From sequence record MW349128.1: a stretch of 64,000 bases of DNA. One strand, written 5' to 3'. Below the pieces are notes generated by a model. That model did no database searches and was not told where the DNA came from. It was given only the letters and a program-made list of their open reading frames with translations. Within the stretch, counting starts at the first letter, position 1; every line of letters begins with the position of its first letter. Positions 1 through 10,023 of the stretch are shown here, in pieces. Origin of the DNA: Staphylococcus phage Machias. The translations under genes were made by a program, and so were the position numbers.

Positions 1-194
1 AATGCATGTTTAGTAAAATGGTTCTAGGTAATCAAGGAATTGAATATACAGAAATTAATATTGATGAGGATGAAAAAGCTAAAGAAGATCTTTTATCTAA
101 AGGCTATCAATCTTTACCAGTAATTGATTTCGGTACTGATGTTGTAGTTGGAAACGATCCAGCTAAATTAAATCAAGTATTATCTACATTATAG
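1..194 (+). CDS. Glutaredoxin-like (NrdH-like) redoxin, 5'-truncated at the window edge
   Basis: C-terminal ...INIDEDEKAKEDL...SLPVI...VVGNDPAKLNQVL matches the thioredoxin-fold tail of NrdH/glutaredoxins; the CxxC part would lie upstream of position 1; sits directly upstream of nrdI-nrdE-nrdF. Confidence 0.5.
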   Translation, partial: CMFSKMVLGNQGIEYTEINIDEDEKAKEDLLSKGYQSLPVIDFGTDVVVGNDPAKLNQVLSTL

Positions 195-212
195 AAAGGA
201 TGATTTATCATT

Positions 213-416
213 ATGAATACTATCTTTGAAAATAAAGAATCAGTAGATTATAAAAAACTTGCTGAAATGGTTCAAAACGGTCAAGTTGAAGAATTAAATG
301 ATAAACCTTTATACGAAGGACCTTATAAAGAAAATTTCAGTATTGAAGGTTGGAATTATACCTTTGAATCTGATGGTAGTTTTTGGAAATGGGAATATCG
401 TCAAGTAGGATATTAA
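213..416 (+). CDS. hypothetical small protein (67 aa)
   Basis: ORF with RBS-like aaaggatga upstream; no recognisable motif. Confidence 0.35.
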   Translation: MNTIFENKESVDYKKLAEMVQNGQVEELNDKPLYEGPYKENFSIEGWNYTFESDGSFWKWEYRQVGY

Positions 417-511
417 ATATATGAATTAAAATGATCTATCATAAGGATAACTTATGATGGATCTATTTTAAACCTCAAATTTAGAAAATATAATTAAATG
501 GAGAGATTTTC

Positions 512-934
512 ATGAAATTGGTTTATTTTACTTTAACAGGTAATAGTAAAAAATTTGCAGATAAATTAGACAAAACAATAGTTGGAGAACCTATTGAACT
601 TAATAGAAATAACTGTGAAGAAATAGAAATGGATGAAGATTATATACTTATATGTGGATCTTATAATACTCCTCATGCAATTTATAATCACGTTAAAAAG
701 TTCTTTAGTAATGGAATGAATTTAAGTAGATGTATTGGTATTGTAGGTTCAGGTAATAGAAATCTTAATTATGAATTCTTAACTACACCTAAGAAATTAT
801 GTAATGATTTTAATTTAGAATTATTAATGGGTATAGAATTATTCGGAATTAAAAATGAACATATCGAATTAAATAAAAAATTAAAAGAATTAAATAACTC
901 TAGTATTATAAATAAAGATTTAGAATTAGTATAG
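512..934 (+). CDS. nrdI: NrdI flavodoxin-like ribonucleotide reductase stimulatory protein
   Basis: N-terminal MKLVYFTLTGNSKKFADKL is the typical NrdI/flavodoxin FMN-binding start; position immediately 5' of nrdE; RBS ggagag. Confidence 0.8.
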   Translation: MKLVYFTLTGNSKKFADKLDKTIVGEPIELNRNNCEEIEMDEDYILICGSYNTPHAIYNHVKKFFSNGMNLSRCIGIVGSGNRNLNYEFLTTPKKLCNDFNLELLMGIELFGIKNEHIELNKKLKELNNSSIINKDLELV

Positions 935-954
935 ATATAAGGAGATAGGATAAA

Positions 955-1578
955 ATGCCAAAAGAAATAGATTTAACTTCAGAAAAATTTAAAGATTATT
1001 CATATAACGAATTAAACTCAAGAGGTTCACAATTAAAAGATGGTAATTTAGATTTAGAATTTGAATTAGCTTCAGTTAAAAAATACTTTTTAGATAATGT
1101 AAATAAAAATGTAAGATACTTTAAAACTTATAAAGAAAAAATTAACTATTTAGTAGATAATGATTATATTGATGGAGATATGATCAAAAATTATGATTTT
1201 GAATTTATTAAAGGATTAATGAAAGAATTAATGGCTTATAAACATAGATTCACTCGTTTATTAGGAGCTAAAAAATTCTATGAACAGTATGCAATGAAAG
1301 ATGATGCAGGAGAAATCTTATTAGAACTATATGAAGATAGAATTTTATTTGTAGCTTTATATTTAGCTGACGGTGATGAAGAATTAGCTAGAAATATTGC
1401 TAATGAAATTATTACAGGAACTTTCCAACCTGCCACACCAACATTCCTTAATGCAGGTAGAGTACGTTCTGGAGAATTAGTAAGTTGTTTCTTATTAACT
1501 ATGGAAGACTCTTTATCATCTATTTATAGAAATATCTCTAATGTAGCTCAATTAAGTAAACGTGGTGGAGGCGTAGGT
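955..1578 (+). CDS. nrdE: Ribonucleotide reductase class Ib large subunit NrdE, exon 1 (ends after ...SKRGGGVG)
   Basis: ATP-cone-less class Ib N-terminus; conserved GGGVG block at ~1567-1578; the reading frame then runs into intron sequence (KLYTFH stop); exon ends on a U. Confidence 0.8.
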
Positions 1579-2560
1579 AAACTATATACGTTTCATTAAG
1601 ATTTTTGAAAATTATAAATCTTAAATGATACTAATGCCTACGAAAAATCGTGTGAACTCATACTAAAGGGGTGTCTAATTATAATAATTAGGCTAACGGT
1701 CATAGCAGTTAATTATGCTGGTAAGAGAGACTAAGTCCTATTAAATTGATAGGATAGAGTTAATACCGTGCCAAGCTTTATACTATTCATAGCTTCTAGA
1801 TGGGAGCTTGATAAAATGAAAGAAAATGAAATATTTAAACAATTAGAAGAATTTCCAGACTATGATTTTGGTAGTCATGGAACTATAATATCTTATAAGA
1901 CTAAAAATCCTAGAAAAATTATACCCAAGATTGATAAGAATGGTTATCATGAAGTAGGATTGAGAGATTATACAAATAAAAGAAAATACAGAAAAGCACA
2001 TAGACTTATTCTATTAGCACATAATTATATAGAAAATTCAGAAGATATGCAAGTAAATCATATAAATGGTAAACCAGATGACAATCGTTTATCTAATTTA
2101 GAATGGTGTACATCTAAAGAAAATATGAAACATGCATATAATATTCTTAGTAAAAATAAAGATAATAATAAATTTAAAATAGAAGTTTTGATTAAAGATA
2201 AAAATGATAATATTTTTAATTTTGAATCTATGAGTAAAGCTTCAGTATTTATCAAAAGTTCTGTTGGTGGTCTAAGATCTTTCTGGGTTAGAAGAAAAAG
2301 ACCTACAAATGAATTTATTAAATATAAAGATTATGATATAATGTTTAAGCCTAGTGAAAACTGGATTAAAGAATATGGAAAAGAAATTGTTTAAAGTTAT
2401 GAATAGTAAATTGAAGGTGTAGAGACTATCGAAAAGAAAGTTTAATTACTTTACTTAGTAGAGTAGGTCAGAGATTAGTACTGATCGAAGTGCATGGCAT
2501 ATTATTTTAAATAATATGAAGATATAGTCCACTCATTATAGAAATATAGTGGTTAAAGTG
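1579..2560 (+). mobile_element. Group I intron nrdE-I1 (~980 nt) carrying an HNH homing endonuclease ORF
   Basis: Interrupts NrdE between GGGVG and ISLSNLRA; R-like GTAGAGACTATCG (~2420) and S-like AAGATATAGTCC (~2518-2529) elements, P7 pairing GACTA/TAGTC; 3' end ...aaagtg| ~31 nt after S; internal HNH ORF. Confidence 0.7.
1768..2394 (+). CDS. Intron-encoded HNH (HNH_3 / AP2-like) homing endonuclease; true start may be M at ~1813
   Basis: HGTIISYKT...NGYHEVGL...KAHRLILLAHNYIENSEDMQVNHINGKPDDNRLSNLEWCTSKEN is a classic HNH motif of I-HmuI/I-TwoI-type phage endonucleases; lies inside the nrdE intron. Confidence 0.7.
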   Translation: MPSFILFIASRWELDKMKENEIFKQLEEFPDYDFGSHGTIISYKTKNPRKIIPKIDKNGYHEVGLRDYTNKRKYRKAHRLILLAHNYIENSEDMQVNHINGKPDDNRLSNLEWCTSKENMKHAYNILSKNKDNNKFKIEVLIKDKNDNIFNFESMSKASVFIKSSVGGLRSFWVRRKRPTNEFIKYKDYDIMFKPSENWIKEYGKEIV

Positions 2561-2683
2561 ATTAGTTTAAGTAATTTACGTGCTGACAATGATCCAATTA
2601 AAGGTGTTGAAGGTGCAGCTTCAGGTGTAGTTCCAGTTATGAAAGTATTTGAAGATACTTTATCATATGTAAATCAACTGGGT
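2561..2683 (+). CDS. nrdE: NrdE exon 2 (41 codons: ISLSNLRADNDPIKGVEGAASGVVPVMKVFEDTLSYVNQLG)
   Basis: Not in the ORF track; translation aligns with the universally conserved RNR large-subunit segment (NLSRLRA...GVVPFMKVFNDTARYVDQGG in E. coli NrdA); bridges exon 1 to exon 3 in frame. Confidence 0.75.
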
Positions 2684-2845
2684 TAATTTTAATGGCTCAG
2701 TATAAATATTGTTAATTGCTGGAAAAGTTTACAAGCTTAATCAGCATCAATCAAGATGATTGTTCAACGACTAAATATAATAATACTTATTAATAGTATA
2801 AGATATAGTCTAATCTATATGAATTTCATATAGTTAATATAAATG
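2684..2845 (+). mobile_element. Mini group I intron nrdE-I2 (~162 nt, ORF-less)
   Basis: P ATTAATTGCTGG (2712-2723), Q TTAATCAGCATC (2746-2757), R GTTCAACGACTAAAT (2762-2776), S AAGATATAGTCTAAT (2800-2814); ends ...ataaatG| at 2845; splices VNQLG to QRNGAGALYLNIFH. Confidence 0.7.
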
Positions 2846-4300
2846 CAACGTAATGGAGCTGGAGCTCTTTATTTAAATATTTTCCATAAAGATGTAGTAA
2901 AATTCTTAGATACTAAGAAAGAAAATGCTGATGAAAAAGTAAGATTAAAAACTATTTCATTAGGTTTAACAGTTCCAGATAAATATTATCAATTAGTTAA
3001 AGAAAATAAATCATTATATACATTTAGTCCATATGACATTAAAAAATATTACGATTTAGATTTCGATAGTATTGACTTTAATACTTATTATGATATCTTT
3101 GTAGATGATAAACGTATTAGTAAAGAGAAAATGTATGCTCGTGATTTAGAAACTACTATTAGTAAATTACAACAAGAATCTGGTTATCCTTATATCATTA
3201 ATATTGATACAGCTAATAGAGCTAATCCAATTAGTCATGGTACAATTAAAATGAGTAACTTGTGTAGCGAAATTCTACAAGTACAATACCCTTCATTAGT
3301 TGACGATAATCAACAATATGTTAAAACAGGAACAGACGTTTCATGTAATTTAGCTTCAACTATTGTACCTGGTTTAATGAAATCAAAAGACTTTGGTAAA
3401 TCAGTTGGAACTATGTTAAGAAGTTTAAATTCAGTAGCAGAAAAATCTAATATTGAAGCTGTACCTACAGTTAAGAAAGCTAATGATCTATTCCATACAG
3501 TTGGTTTAGGTGCAATGGGATTACACACTTATTTAGCTGAAAACCATATTCAATATGGATCAGAAGAATCTAAAGACTTTACTAATATTTATTTCATGTT
3601 ATTAAACTATTGGACATTAGTTGAATCAAATAAAATTGCTAAAGAAAAAGATGAGTCATTCTATTTATTTGAAAAAACTGAATATGCTGATGGCTCTTAC
3701 TTTGATAAACGTTATATTGGTAAAAATATTCAACCACGTACTGAAAAAGTTAAAGAATTATTTGAAGATATCTTTATTCCATCTGATAGTGATTGGGAAC
3801 AATTAAGAAATAATATTGTTATGGACGGTCTATACAATCAAAATAGATTAGCTGTAGCACCTAATGGTTCTATTGGTTATGTTAGAGAAGTATCACCTTC
3901 AATTCACCCTATTGTTGAATTAATTGAAGAGCGTGTAGAAGGTAAAACAGGTACTACTTTCTATCCAGCACCAGGTATTACACCAGACAACTTTGAATAC
4001 TTTAAGAAAAATGCATATCAACTGGATATGAGAGATATGATTGATTTATATTCAGAAGCTCAATATCATGTAGACCAAGGTATTTCAATGAATATTTACT
4101 TAATGAATGAACTTGATCCAGATATATATGAATGGAAAAAAGATTCTTTAGATAAAGAAACTACTACTCGTGATATTAGTAGATTACGTAACTATGCTTA
4201 TAGTAAAGGTATTAAATCTATGTATTATACTCGTATTTATTCACCAGACCATGATTCTCAATCTCAAGGAATAGTTGAATGTGAATCTTGTTCTATCTAA
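2846..4300 (+). CDS. nrdE: NrdE exon 3 (C-terminal ~485 aa)
   Basis: ALYLNIFHKDVVKFLDTKKEN..., NLCSEI (active-site Cys region), C-terminal CESCSI tail typical of class I large subunits. Confidence 0.85.
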   Translation, partial: QRNGAGALYLNIFHKDVVKFLDTKKENADEKVRLKTISLGLTVPDKYYQLVKENKSLYTFSPYDIKKYYDLDFDSIDFNTYYDIFVDDKRISKEKMYARDLETTISKLQQESGYPYIINIDTANRANPISHGTIKMSNLCSEILQVQYPSLVDDNQQYVKTGTDVSCNLASTIVPGLMKSKDFGKSVGTMLRSLNSVAEKSNIEAVPTVKKANDLFHTVGLGAMGLHTYLAENHIQYGSEESKDFTNIYFMLLNYWTLVESNKIAKEKDESFYLFEKTEYADGSYFDKRYIGKNIQPRTEKVKELFEDIFIPSDSDWEQLRNNIVMDGLYNQNRLAVAPNGSIGYVREVSPSIHPIVELIEERVEGKTGTTFYPAPGITPDNFEYFKKNAYQLDMRDMIDLYSEAQYHVDQGISMNIYLMNELDPDIYEWKKDSLDKETTTRDISRLRNYAYSKGIKSMYYTRIYSPDHDSQSQGIVECESCSI

Positions 4301-4314
4301 TTGGAGGAAATTAT

Positions 4315-4533
4315 ATGACATTAAAAGAAAAATTTGAAAGTAAATATAGAAATTTAAATAAAGAACCAGAAATTTTAATTGTAGTAATTAAACTACCAAG
4401 TGGAGCTAAGGAAGTAATTTCCAATAGCTCTGACTTGGATAATAAAGTTCATTATTACTTAGAAAATTATGATGATCAATTTAGACATGTTAGAGATAAA
4501 AAAGTAAAGATAATTGATTTTATATTAGTATAA
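4315..4533 (+). CDS. hypothetical small protein (start taken at MTLKEKF, RBS ggagga)
   Basis: ORF between nrdE and nrdF with a good RBS; no known motif. Confidence 0.3.
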   Translation: MTLKEKFESKYRNLNKEPEILIVVIKLPSGAKEVISNSSDLDNKVHYYLENYDDQFRHVRDKKVKIIDFILV

Positions 4534-4554
4534 AGAATAAGGAGAGTTACTTAG

Positions 4555-5628
4555 ATGACAACAAAAGGAAATTTCTTAACAAGTAGTAATGATAATAAAA
4601 GTTATTATAGTCCTATGAATTGGAATAAAGTAGACGATTATGTAGATTTAATGACATTTGATACTTTAGTATCACAATTTTGGACTTCAACACGTATTCC
4701 AGTTTCAAATGATATTAAAGCTTGGAATGGATTAGATGATAATACAAAAGATGTAGTTAATAAAGTATTTGCCGAATTAACTACTCTTGATACACTTCAA
4801 TCACGTGAAGGAGGAGATGCTTTACTTCATCATGCTCTTACACCTATGGAAGAAGATGTATTAAACAACATCAGATTTATGGAAAGTATTCACAATCGCT
4901 CGTATAGTACTATTTTTACTACTTTGTTAAATTCAAAACAAGTAGATGAAAACTTCAAATGGGTAGAAGAAAATGAACATGTTCAAAAGAAAATTAAATT
5001 GATTAATGAAGCTTATCAATCAGGTGATATCCTTAAAGTGCAAGCCGCTTCAGTATTCTTAGAGTCATTCTTATTTTATTCAGGTTTTTATACTCCATTA
5101 AGATTAAAAGATAGTCTTAAAAGTGTATTAGAAATCATTAAATTAATCTTAAGAGATGAGTCACTTCATGGTTCTTATATTGGATATAAATTTGGTAAAC
5201 GTTATGAAAAATTAGAAGAAAATGAACAAAACGAAATTAAAATGTGGGTAACTAATTTACTATTTGAACTTTATCAAGTTGAATGTGAATTCATTGAAGA
5301 AGTTTATACTGAAATTGGTTGGGCTGAAGATGTTAAAATATTCGCTCAATATAATGCCAATAAAGCTTTATTAAATCTTAAATTAGATCCTATTTTCGAA
5401 ACTACTGAAGAAGATGTAAATCCAATTGTAATGGCTGGATTAAAAACTTCTACTGGTAATCATGATTTCTTCTCTCAAGAAGGTAACGGATATCTTATTG
5501 GTAAAGCTGAAAATACTAAAGAAGAAGATTATGATTCAATTGATGTTAATGAACTTAATAAGAATATCATTGATTCATATAAAGATAAAGCAGATGATAG
5601 ATTTAGTCATAGTTACTATATAGATTAA
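4555..5628 (+). CDS. nrdF: Ribonucleotide reductase class Ib small subunit NrdF
   Basis: Di-iron ligand blocks (ESFLFYSGFY, LRDESLHGSY) and overall R2 architecture; RBS aaggagag. Confidence 0.85.
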   Translation: MTTKGNFLTSSNDNKSYYSPMNWNKVDDYVDLMTFDTLVSQFWTSTRIPVSNDIKAWNGLDDNTKDVVNKVFAELTTLDTLQSREGGDALLHHALTPMEEDVLNNIRFMESIHNRSYSTIFTTLLNSKQVDENFKWVEENEHVQKKIKLINEAYQSGDILKVQAASVFLESFLFYSGFYTPLRLKDSLKSVLEIIKLILRDESLHGSYIGYKFGKRYEKLEENEQNEIKMWVTNLLFELYQVECEFIEEVYTEIGWAEDVKIFAQYNANKALLNLKLDPIFETTEEDVNPIVMAGLKTSTGNHDFFSQEGNGYLIGKAENTKEEDYDSIDVNELNKNIIDSYKDKADDRFSHSYYID

Positions 5629-5655
5629 TAAACAAATGTATATGATTAATTTGCA

Positions 5656-5693
5656 GCCCTAACATTTCTAACTGAGATGTTAGGGCATTTTTT
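5656..5693 (+). terminator. Rho-independent terminator after nrdF
   Basis: GCCCTAACAT...ATGTTAGGGC stem followed by TTTTTT. Confidence 0.6.
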
Positions 5694-5736
5694 ACGCACG
5701 AAAATTGAGCTTTAACATTCTTATATTTATGAAATA

Positions 5737-6510
5737 TTGAAGAGAAGGGAGATATATTTAAAATTGAATATTAAAGAATTTAGAAGAGAAGGAAATTCAA
5801 TAATTTTTACTGGTGAAGTATTAGATATTTATATACCAAGAGAACAATTTAAAAACGGTTTAGCTGAACATCGTGGAGAATATATTAATGCTTATGGTAT
5901 GTTCCAATTTGAAATTAAAACTGAAAAACAAGCTGAAGAAGGTAAATCTGGTGAAATTAGAAAGATTAAATATCCTAATAGAATGGATTTCAACTATACA
6001 GAACAGTTTAAATTTGATGGGAAATTATCAGAAGATTTAGATCCAATTCAGTATGACGTATTTAGATTGACTAATGGATGTCAGTTTATGGCTAATGTAC
6101 ATATTGAACAATCAGCTGAAACTGTTAAGAATTTTTTATTTCTATTTCATGCAGGTAAATTACCTTCATTTGTAGATTATAATGATATTATTAAACTTCA
6201 TTATGATGTATTAAATAGTAATAAAGTAAATCTTAAATCAAATTCATTAACTTATGAATTAATTATCGCTGAAATATGTAGATATAAAGGTAATGTAGAA
6301 ATGCCTTATAGAATAGCTTTGAATAAAAAAGATAATGTAGGATCATTAGACTATATTAATTATAATCTTAAGAAATTACCTAATCTTAATTCAACATTTG
6401 CTTCATTTACATTTGAAGGAATGGATGATACAATTGTAAGTTCTATAGGTAGAACTGCTAAGGGTGGAGAAGAAAAACGTACACCTTTAGAAGATGTTAT
6501 GAAATATTAA
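5737..6510 (+). CDS. hypothetical protein (257 aa; start uncertain, TTG in track)
   Basis: Long ORF, no recognisable motif. Confidence 0.4.
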   Translation: MKRREIYLKLNIKEFRREGNSIIFTGEVLDIYIPREQFKNGLAEHRGEYINAYGMFQFEIKTEKQAEEGKSGEIRKIKYPNRMDFNYTEQFKFDGKLSEDLDPIQYDVFRLTNGCQFMANVHIEQSAETVKNFLFLFHAGKLPSFVDYNDIIKLHYDVLNSNKVNLKSNSLTYELIIAEICRYKGNVEMPYRIALNKKDNVGSLDYINYNLKKLPNLNSTFASFTFEGMDDTIVSSIGRTAKGGEEKRTPLEDVMKY

Positions 6511-6530
6511 TAGAAAGAAGTGTTAATAAT

Positions 6531-6725
6531 ATGATATGGAAAATATCAAAGAATTTATTACCTTTGGTAAAATCTTTACTGTTATTTGCTAAATTTAATT
6601 CTAATAAAAAATATTTTAAACCTTATTTAGCATTTTTAGTTTTTCAAAATGAAATAAGTATAGATCAAATACCTGAAGAATATAAAGCTGATGTAGAAAA
6701 ATTAGTTAAAAGTTCTATGGAATAG
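6531..6725 (+). CDS. hypothetical small protein
   Basis: Short ORF, low confidence. Confidence 0.25.
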   Translation: MIWKISKNLLPLVKSLLLFAKFNSNKKYFKPYLAFLVFQNEISIDQIPEEYKADVEKLVKSSME

Positions 6726-6852
6726 TTGCATTGTGTTTCATATATACTTCTGTACTTTAAACATACTATTATAAAATTTATTATATTAAAAATGTCTATT
6801 GAAAAAATAAAATCACATAGATGTAAATATCGAAAGGAAGGTTACAAAAAAT

Positions 6853-9800
6853 ATGGCAGACTTTATGTATCTCCATCCTTCTGTACAAACTCAAGTTAAC
6901 TCTTATCAAAATAACTTCCAAACAGCTGAAGGTCCAGTGACTTTATTTGCAGCTGACACATTTGAAAAAGGTAAAGATGGAGTTATTGACTTTGTTGGTA
7001 CTGAAGAAGAATTTATCTTTAAATATGGTGAACCAAATTACGCAAAATACGGACAAACTGCTTACAACATGGTAAACTGGTTACGTTCTGGTGGTCAAGC
7101 TTACGTATTACGTGTACTACCTCAAAACGCAACTTACTCTCATGCCATTTTAAATGTTCAAAGTAGAGTTCAACGTAAAGGCAAAAAAGTTTTAACAGAA
7201 GCAAATGAATTAGTAGAAATTGATGACGTTAAAATTCGTCCAACTATTGCATTTGTTAAGAAAAATAATAGAAATATTGAAGAATTAGTAAATGAAATTT
7301 CATTAGACCGTACTGCAGAACAAACTGTAGATGGATATAATAATAATTTCTTATTATTAGCTTATCCAAATGGTCGTGGTGAATCTTATAACGATCTAGG
7401 AATTCGTTTAACATTAAATACTTCTTATGACACTAGTGGTCGTACTGAACGTGTTTATAATTTAGAAGTATTAGATTTCGATGAATTTGGTAACGTTAAT
7501 GTAATAGATGGACCTTTCTTAGTAACATTTGATACAGATTCAATTTCTGATACTGGTGAATCAATGTTTATCGAAGAAGTAGTTAATCGTTATTCTAAAT
7601 ATATCAATATTAAATTTAATCTTGAAAATTTCCAAAGATTAGCTGAGCAAATTAATCCATATGTTCATCCAGCTAGTATTGATGTTATTTCTGGACGTTC
7701 TAAAGTAGGTTTAGACGGAAATCCTGAAACATTCTACTCTGAAATTACTAAAGATTCAGAAGATGTTCATGTTTCTTTACAACGCTACAACAATAAAGGT
7801 ATTCCAGTAACTATTAATGGACAACCAGTATTAAATAAACCTGATTTTAACGATCCAGTTGAAAATGCTTTAATTTCATTAGATAATGGTATTCGTGAAA
7901 AATCATTTGTAACAGATTCTGACCGTTTATCTTACATGAGAGATCAATATAAGACTCTACGTTCTGATAAATTCTCTGAATTCAAGTCAATCTTAAATAA
8001 AATTATCGTACCTAATGGTGGACTATTTGTTGATGATGCAGGAGATCTTCCTAAGACAATTAAAGAGAATTTAGTTTCTGATAAATTAACTCAAGAAGAT
8101 GTTACAGCTAATATTGAAGATGAAGAAGCAGTAGAAAAAGAATTAGCTGAAAAATTCAAACCTTCTGAAATTAACTTTGGTGGTAAACCTTCAGGTGTTG
8201 TATCTGAATTGGTTGAAAACTATAAAACTTATTTCGAAGATTCTAATGAAGAAAACTTATCAGCTGTATTAGCTTCTTCTGAAGAAATTGGTTCTTTACT
8301 ATTAAATGAATTCTTAGATAATGGTAATAAACTTAATGCAGCTTATGAATTAGTTTATAAATCTAATTCAGGTATTTCTTCAAATCCTAAATATCAAGCA
8401 GATGTTAAAGAATTACGTGATGTTCTTTCTCAAAAAGACCAAATCCGTATCTTTGGTATTCAACATAAATCTAATATCTTAGATATTACAAATGATATTG
8501 CTGAATTACGTATTGGAATGAAATCTGTAACTAATATTGAAGGTATGAGTAAAGTATTAAACGATACTGAAACTGAACTTAAATATGTTACTGATAATTT
8601 AATTCCTGCTGTTAAAGAAGGATTACCAGAAGATGCTATTAAATTCATTAACACTGTTCCTGATGAAGATGGAGACGGTGAACGTGAAATAGTTTCTCCT
8701 GAATCTATGTTAAACCGTATTGCAGATTGTCAATTATTGATTGATGATGTTCGTGTAGGTTTAATGGAAGATAACGCAACTAATCGTGAAGAAGTTTATA
8801 CTGCATGTAATGAAATTGCTAATCAATTAGTTGACTTAATTAATAGAGCTGTTTCAGTATCTTCAACTTATAAAGTTGCTCGTGCTGTACGTATTGCAGC
8901 TAACACTATCTATTATGATATTGCTATTTTCCGTAAGAACATTGATGAAATGATCCAAACTCGTTCTAACTATACTGAACGTGATATCACTTCAAATGCT
9001 CATCAAAATATTGAATTGGCTGTTGCTAACTTGAATAAAGCTAACTCTAAATACTTCAATACTAACCTTATTGATGTAGCTAGTCCGGTTAAATTCTTAT
9101 TCGGTTCAGATGGTGATTTCTCTTATGAAAATGATTTATCATATAGTGAACGTAAGAATGCAGTTAATCGTGAATTAATTAAAGCTTATAAAGGTTTAAT
9201 TGATGAAGATTTAACAAATACAAAAGCTGTTCCGTTTGATGTTGTTCTTGATGCTCGTTATTCTAACGAAGTTAAGTTCGCTATTTCTGAATTAGCTAAA
9301 AACAACCGTAAGGACTTTGTATTCTTAGCTGATACTGTTACTGATCGTTACCCAGTTAGTCCTGAAGATGCAATTAAATGGAGAAAAGAAGAATTTGCAG
9401 TATCTTCTGAGTACACAGCTATTTACTCTCAAGACTTAACTTACTATGATGAGTATACTGGTAGAGACATTCGTTTCACACCAACTTATCGTTTAGCTTC
9501 AATGATTCCTTATCAAGCAGTTAATTCTGGTTTACACTTCCCTATTGCAGGACCTAGACGTGGACTAGTAGAAGGACATAAAGCTTTATCATGGGCTCCT
9601 AATGAACCTTATAAAGAAAAACTTTATACTTCTAAGATTAACTACATTGAAAAAGATATTGATAGAACTAAATTTGGTTCTCAAATGACATCTATTAAAT
9701 CAGATGGTCCATTATCTAACCTTAATAATATCTTCACATTAAATCAAATTAAACGTGATGCTGAAACATTAGTTTCTGATTACCAATTTGAATTAAATGA

Positions 9801-10002
9801 TGATGAAACTCGTTCTATCATGAATACAGAATTGAATTCTTATTTAACTCGTTATGTATCTAACCGTAGTTGTGAAACTATTCAAGCTGAAGTTAGTGCT
9901 GATGAATATGATAAAGCTCAACGTATCGTACGTGTACGTATTTCTGTTAAATTCAACAATGTTATTGAACGTATCTTCATTGATATCAATGTTGAAAAAT
10001 AA
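6853..10002 (+). CDS. Large (1049 aa) probable virion structural protein (function unassigned)
   Basis: Strong RBS gaaaggaagg; codon usage less AT-skewed (highly expressed look); followed by a strong terminator; no catalytic motifs. Confidence 0.5.
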   Translation: MADFMYLHPSVQTQVNSYQNNFQTAEGPVTLFAADTFEKGKDGVIDFVGTEEEFIFKYGEPNYAKYGQTAYNMVNWLRSGGQAYVLRVLPQNATYSHAILNVQSRVQRKGKKVLTEANELVEIDDVKIRPTIAFVKKNNRNIEELVNEISLDRTAEQTVDGYNNNFLLLAYPNGRGESYNDLGIRLTLNTSYDTSGRTERVYNLEVLDFDEFGNVNVIDGPFLVTFDTDSISDTGESMFIEEVVNRYSKYINIKFNLENFQRLAEQINPYVHPASIDVISGRSKVGLDGNPETFYSEITKDSEDVHVSLQRYNNKGIPVTINGQPVLNKPDFNDPVENALISLDNGIREKSFVTDSDRLSYMRDQYKTLRSDKFSEFKSILNKIIVPNGGLFVDDAGDLPKTIKENLVSDKLTQEDVTANIEDEEAVEKELAEKFKPSEINFGGKPSGVVSELVENYKTYFEDSNEENLSAVLASSEEIGSLLLNEFLDNGNKLNAAYELVYKSNSGISSNPKYQADVKELRDVLSQKDQIRIFGIQHKSNILDITNDIAELRIGMKSVTNIEGMSKVLNDTETELKYVTDNLIPAVKEGLPEDAIKFINTVPDEDGDGEREIVSPESMLNRIADCQLLIDDVRVGLMEDNATNREEVYTACNEIANQLVDLINRAVSVSSTYKVARAVRIAANTIYYDIAIFRKNIDEMIQTRSNYTERDITSNAHQNIELAVANLNKANSKYFNTNLIDVASPVKFLFGSDGDFSYENDLSYSERKNAVNRELIKAYKGLIDEDLTNTKAVPFDVVLDARYSNEVKFAISELAKNNRKDFVFLADTVTDRYPVSPEDAIKWRKEEFAVSSEYTAIYSQDLTYYDEYTGRDIRFTPTYRLASMIPYQAVNSGLHFPIAGPRRGLVEGHKALSWAPNEPYKEKLYTSKINYIEKDIDRTKFGSQMTSIKSDGPLSNLNNIFTLNQIKRDAETLVSDYQFELNDDETRSIMNTELNSYLTRYVSNRSCETIQAEVSADEYDKAQRIVRVRISVKFNNVIERIFIDINVEK

Positions 10003-10023
10003 TAGTTTAATATAAACCCATTA

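Noticed and set aside
1600-1767. Possible tRNA or small RNA in the structured non-coding stretch after nrdE exon 1
   Set aside because: No cloverleaf or T-loop (GGTTCGAATCC-like) features. The segment is the 5' part of the group I intron preceding the HNH ORF.
2058-2255. Short antisense ORFs within annotated genes (2058-2255, 3310-3528, 3621-3806, 7019-7204, 8460-8654, 10413-10607, 10618-10883, 11629-11814, 13150-13404, 29188-29673, 35273-35530, 39365-39562, 39836-40033, 42664-42912, 43175-43402, 49751-49966, 53984-54175, 54887-55078, 59101-59295, 63603-63785)
   Set aside because: Each is fully embedded in a longer, better-supported ORF on the other strand or frame. No independent signals.
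2695-2830. Dispersed ~110-nt repeats (also at 15300-15420, 45455-45565, 45865-45970, 51010-51110, 51370-51465, 51645-51745) could be taken for a CRISPR array or REP elements
   Set aside because: The spacing is irregular and the units differ. Each repeat contains ordered group I intron P/Q/R/S core sequences and sits exactly where a conserved protein is interrupted, so they are introns, not CRISPR repeats.
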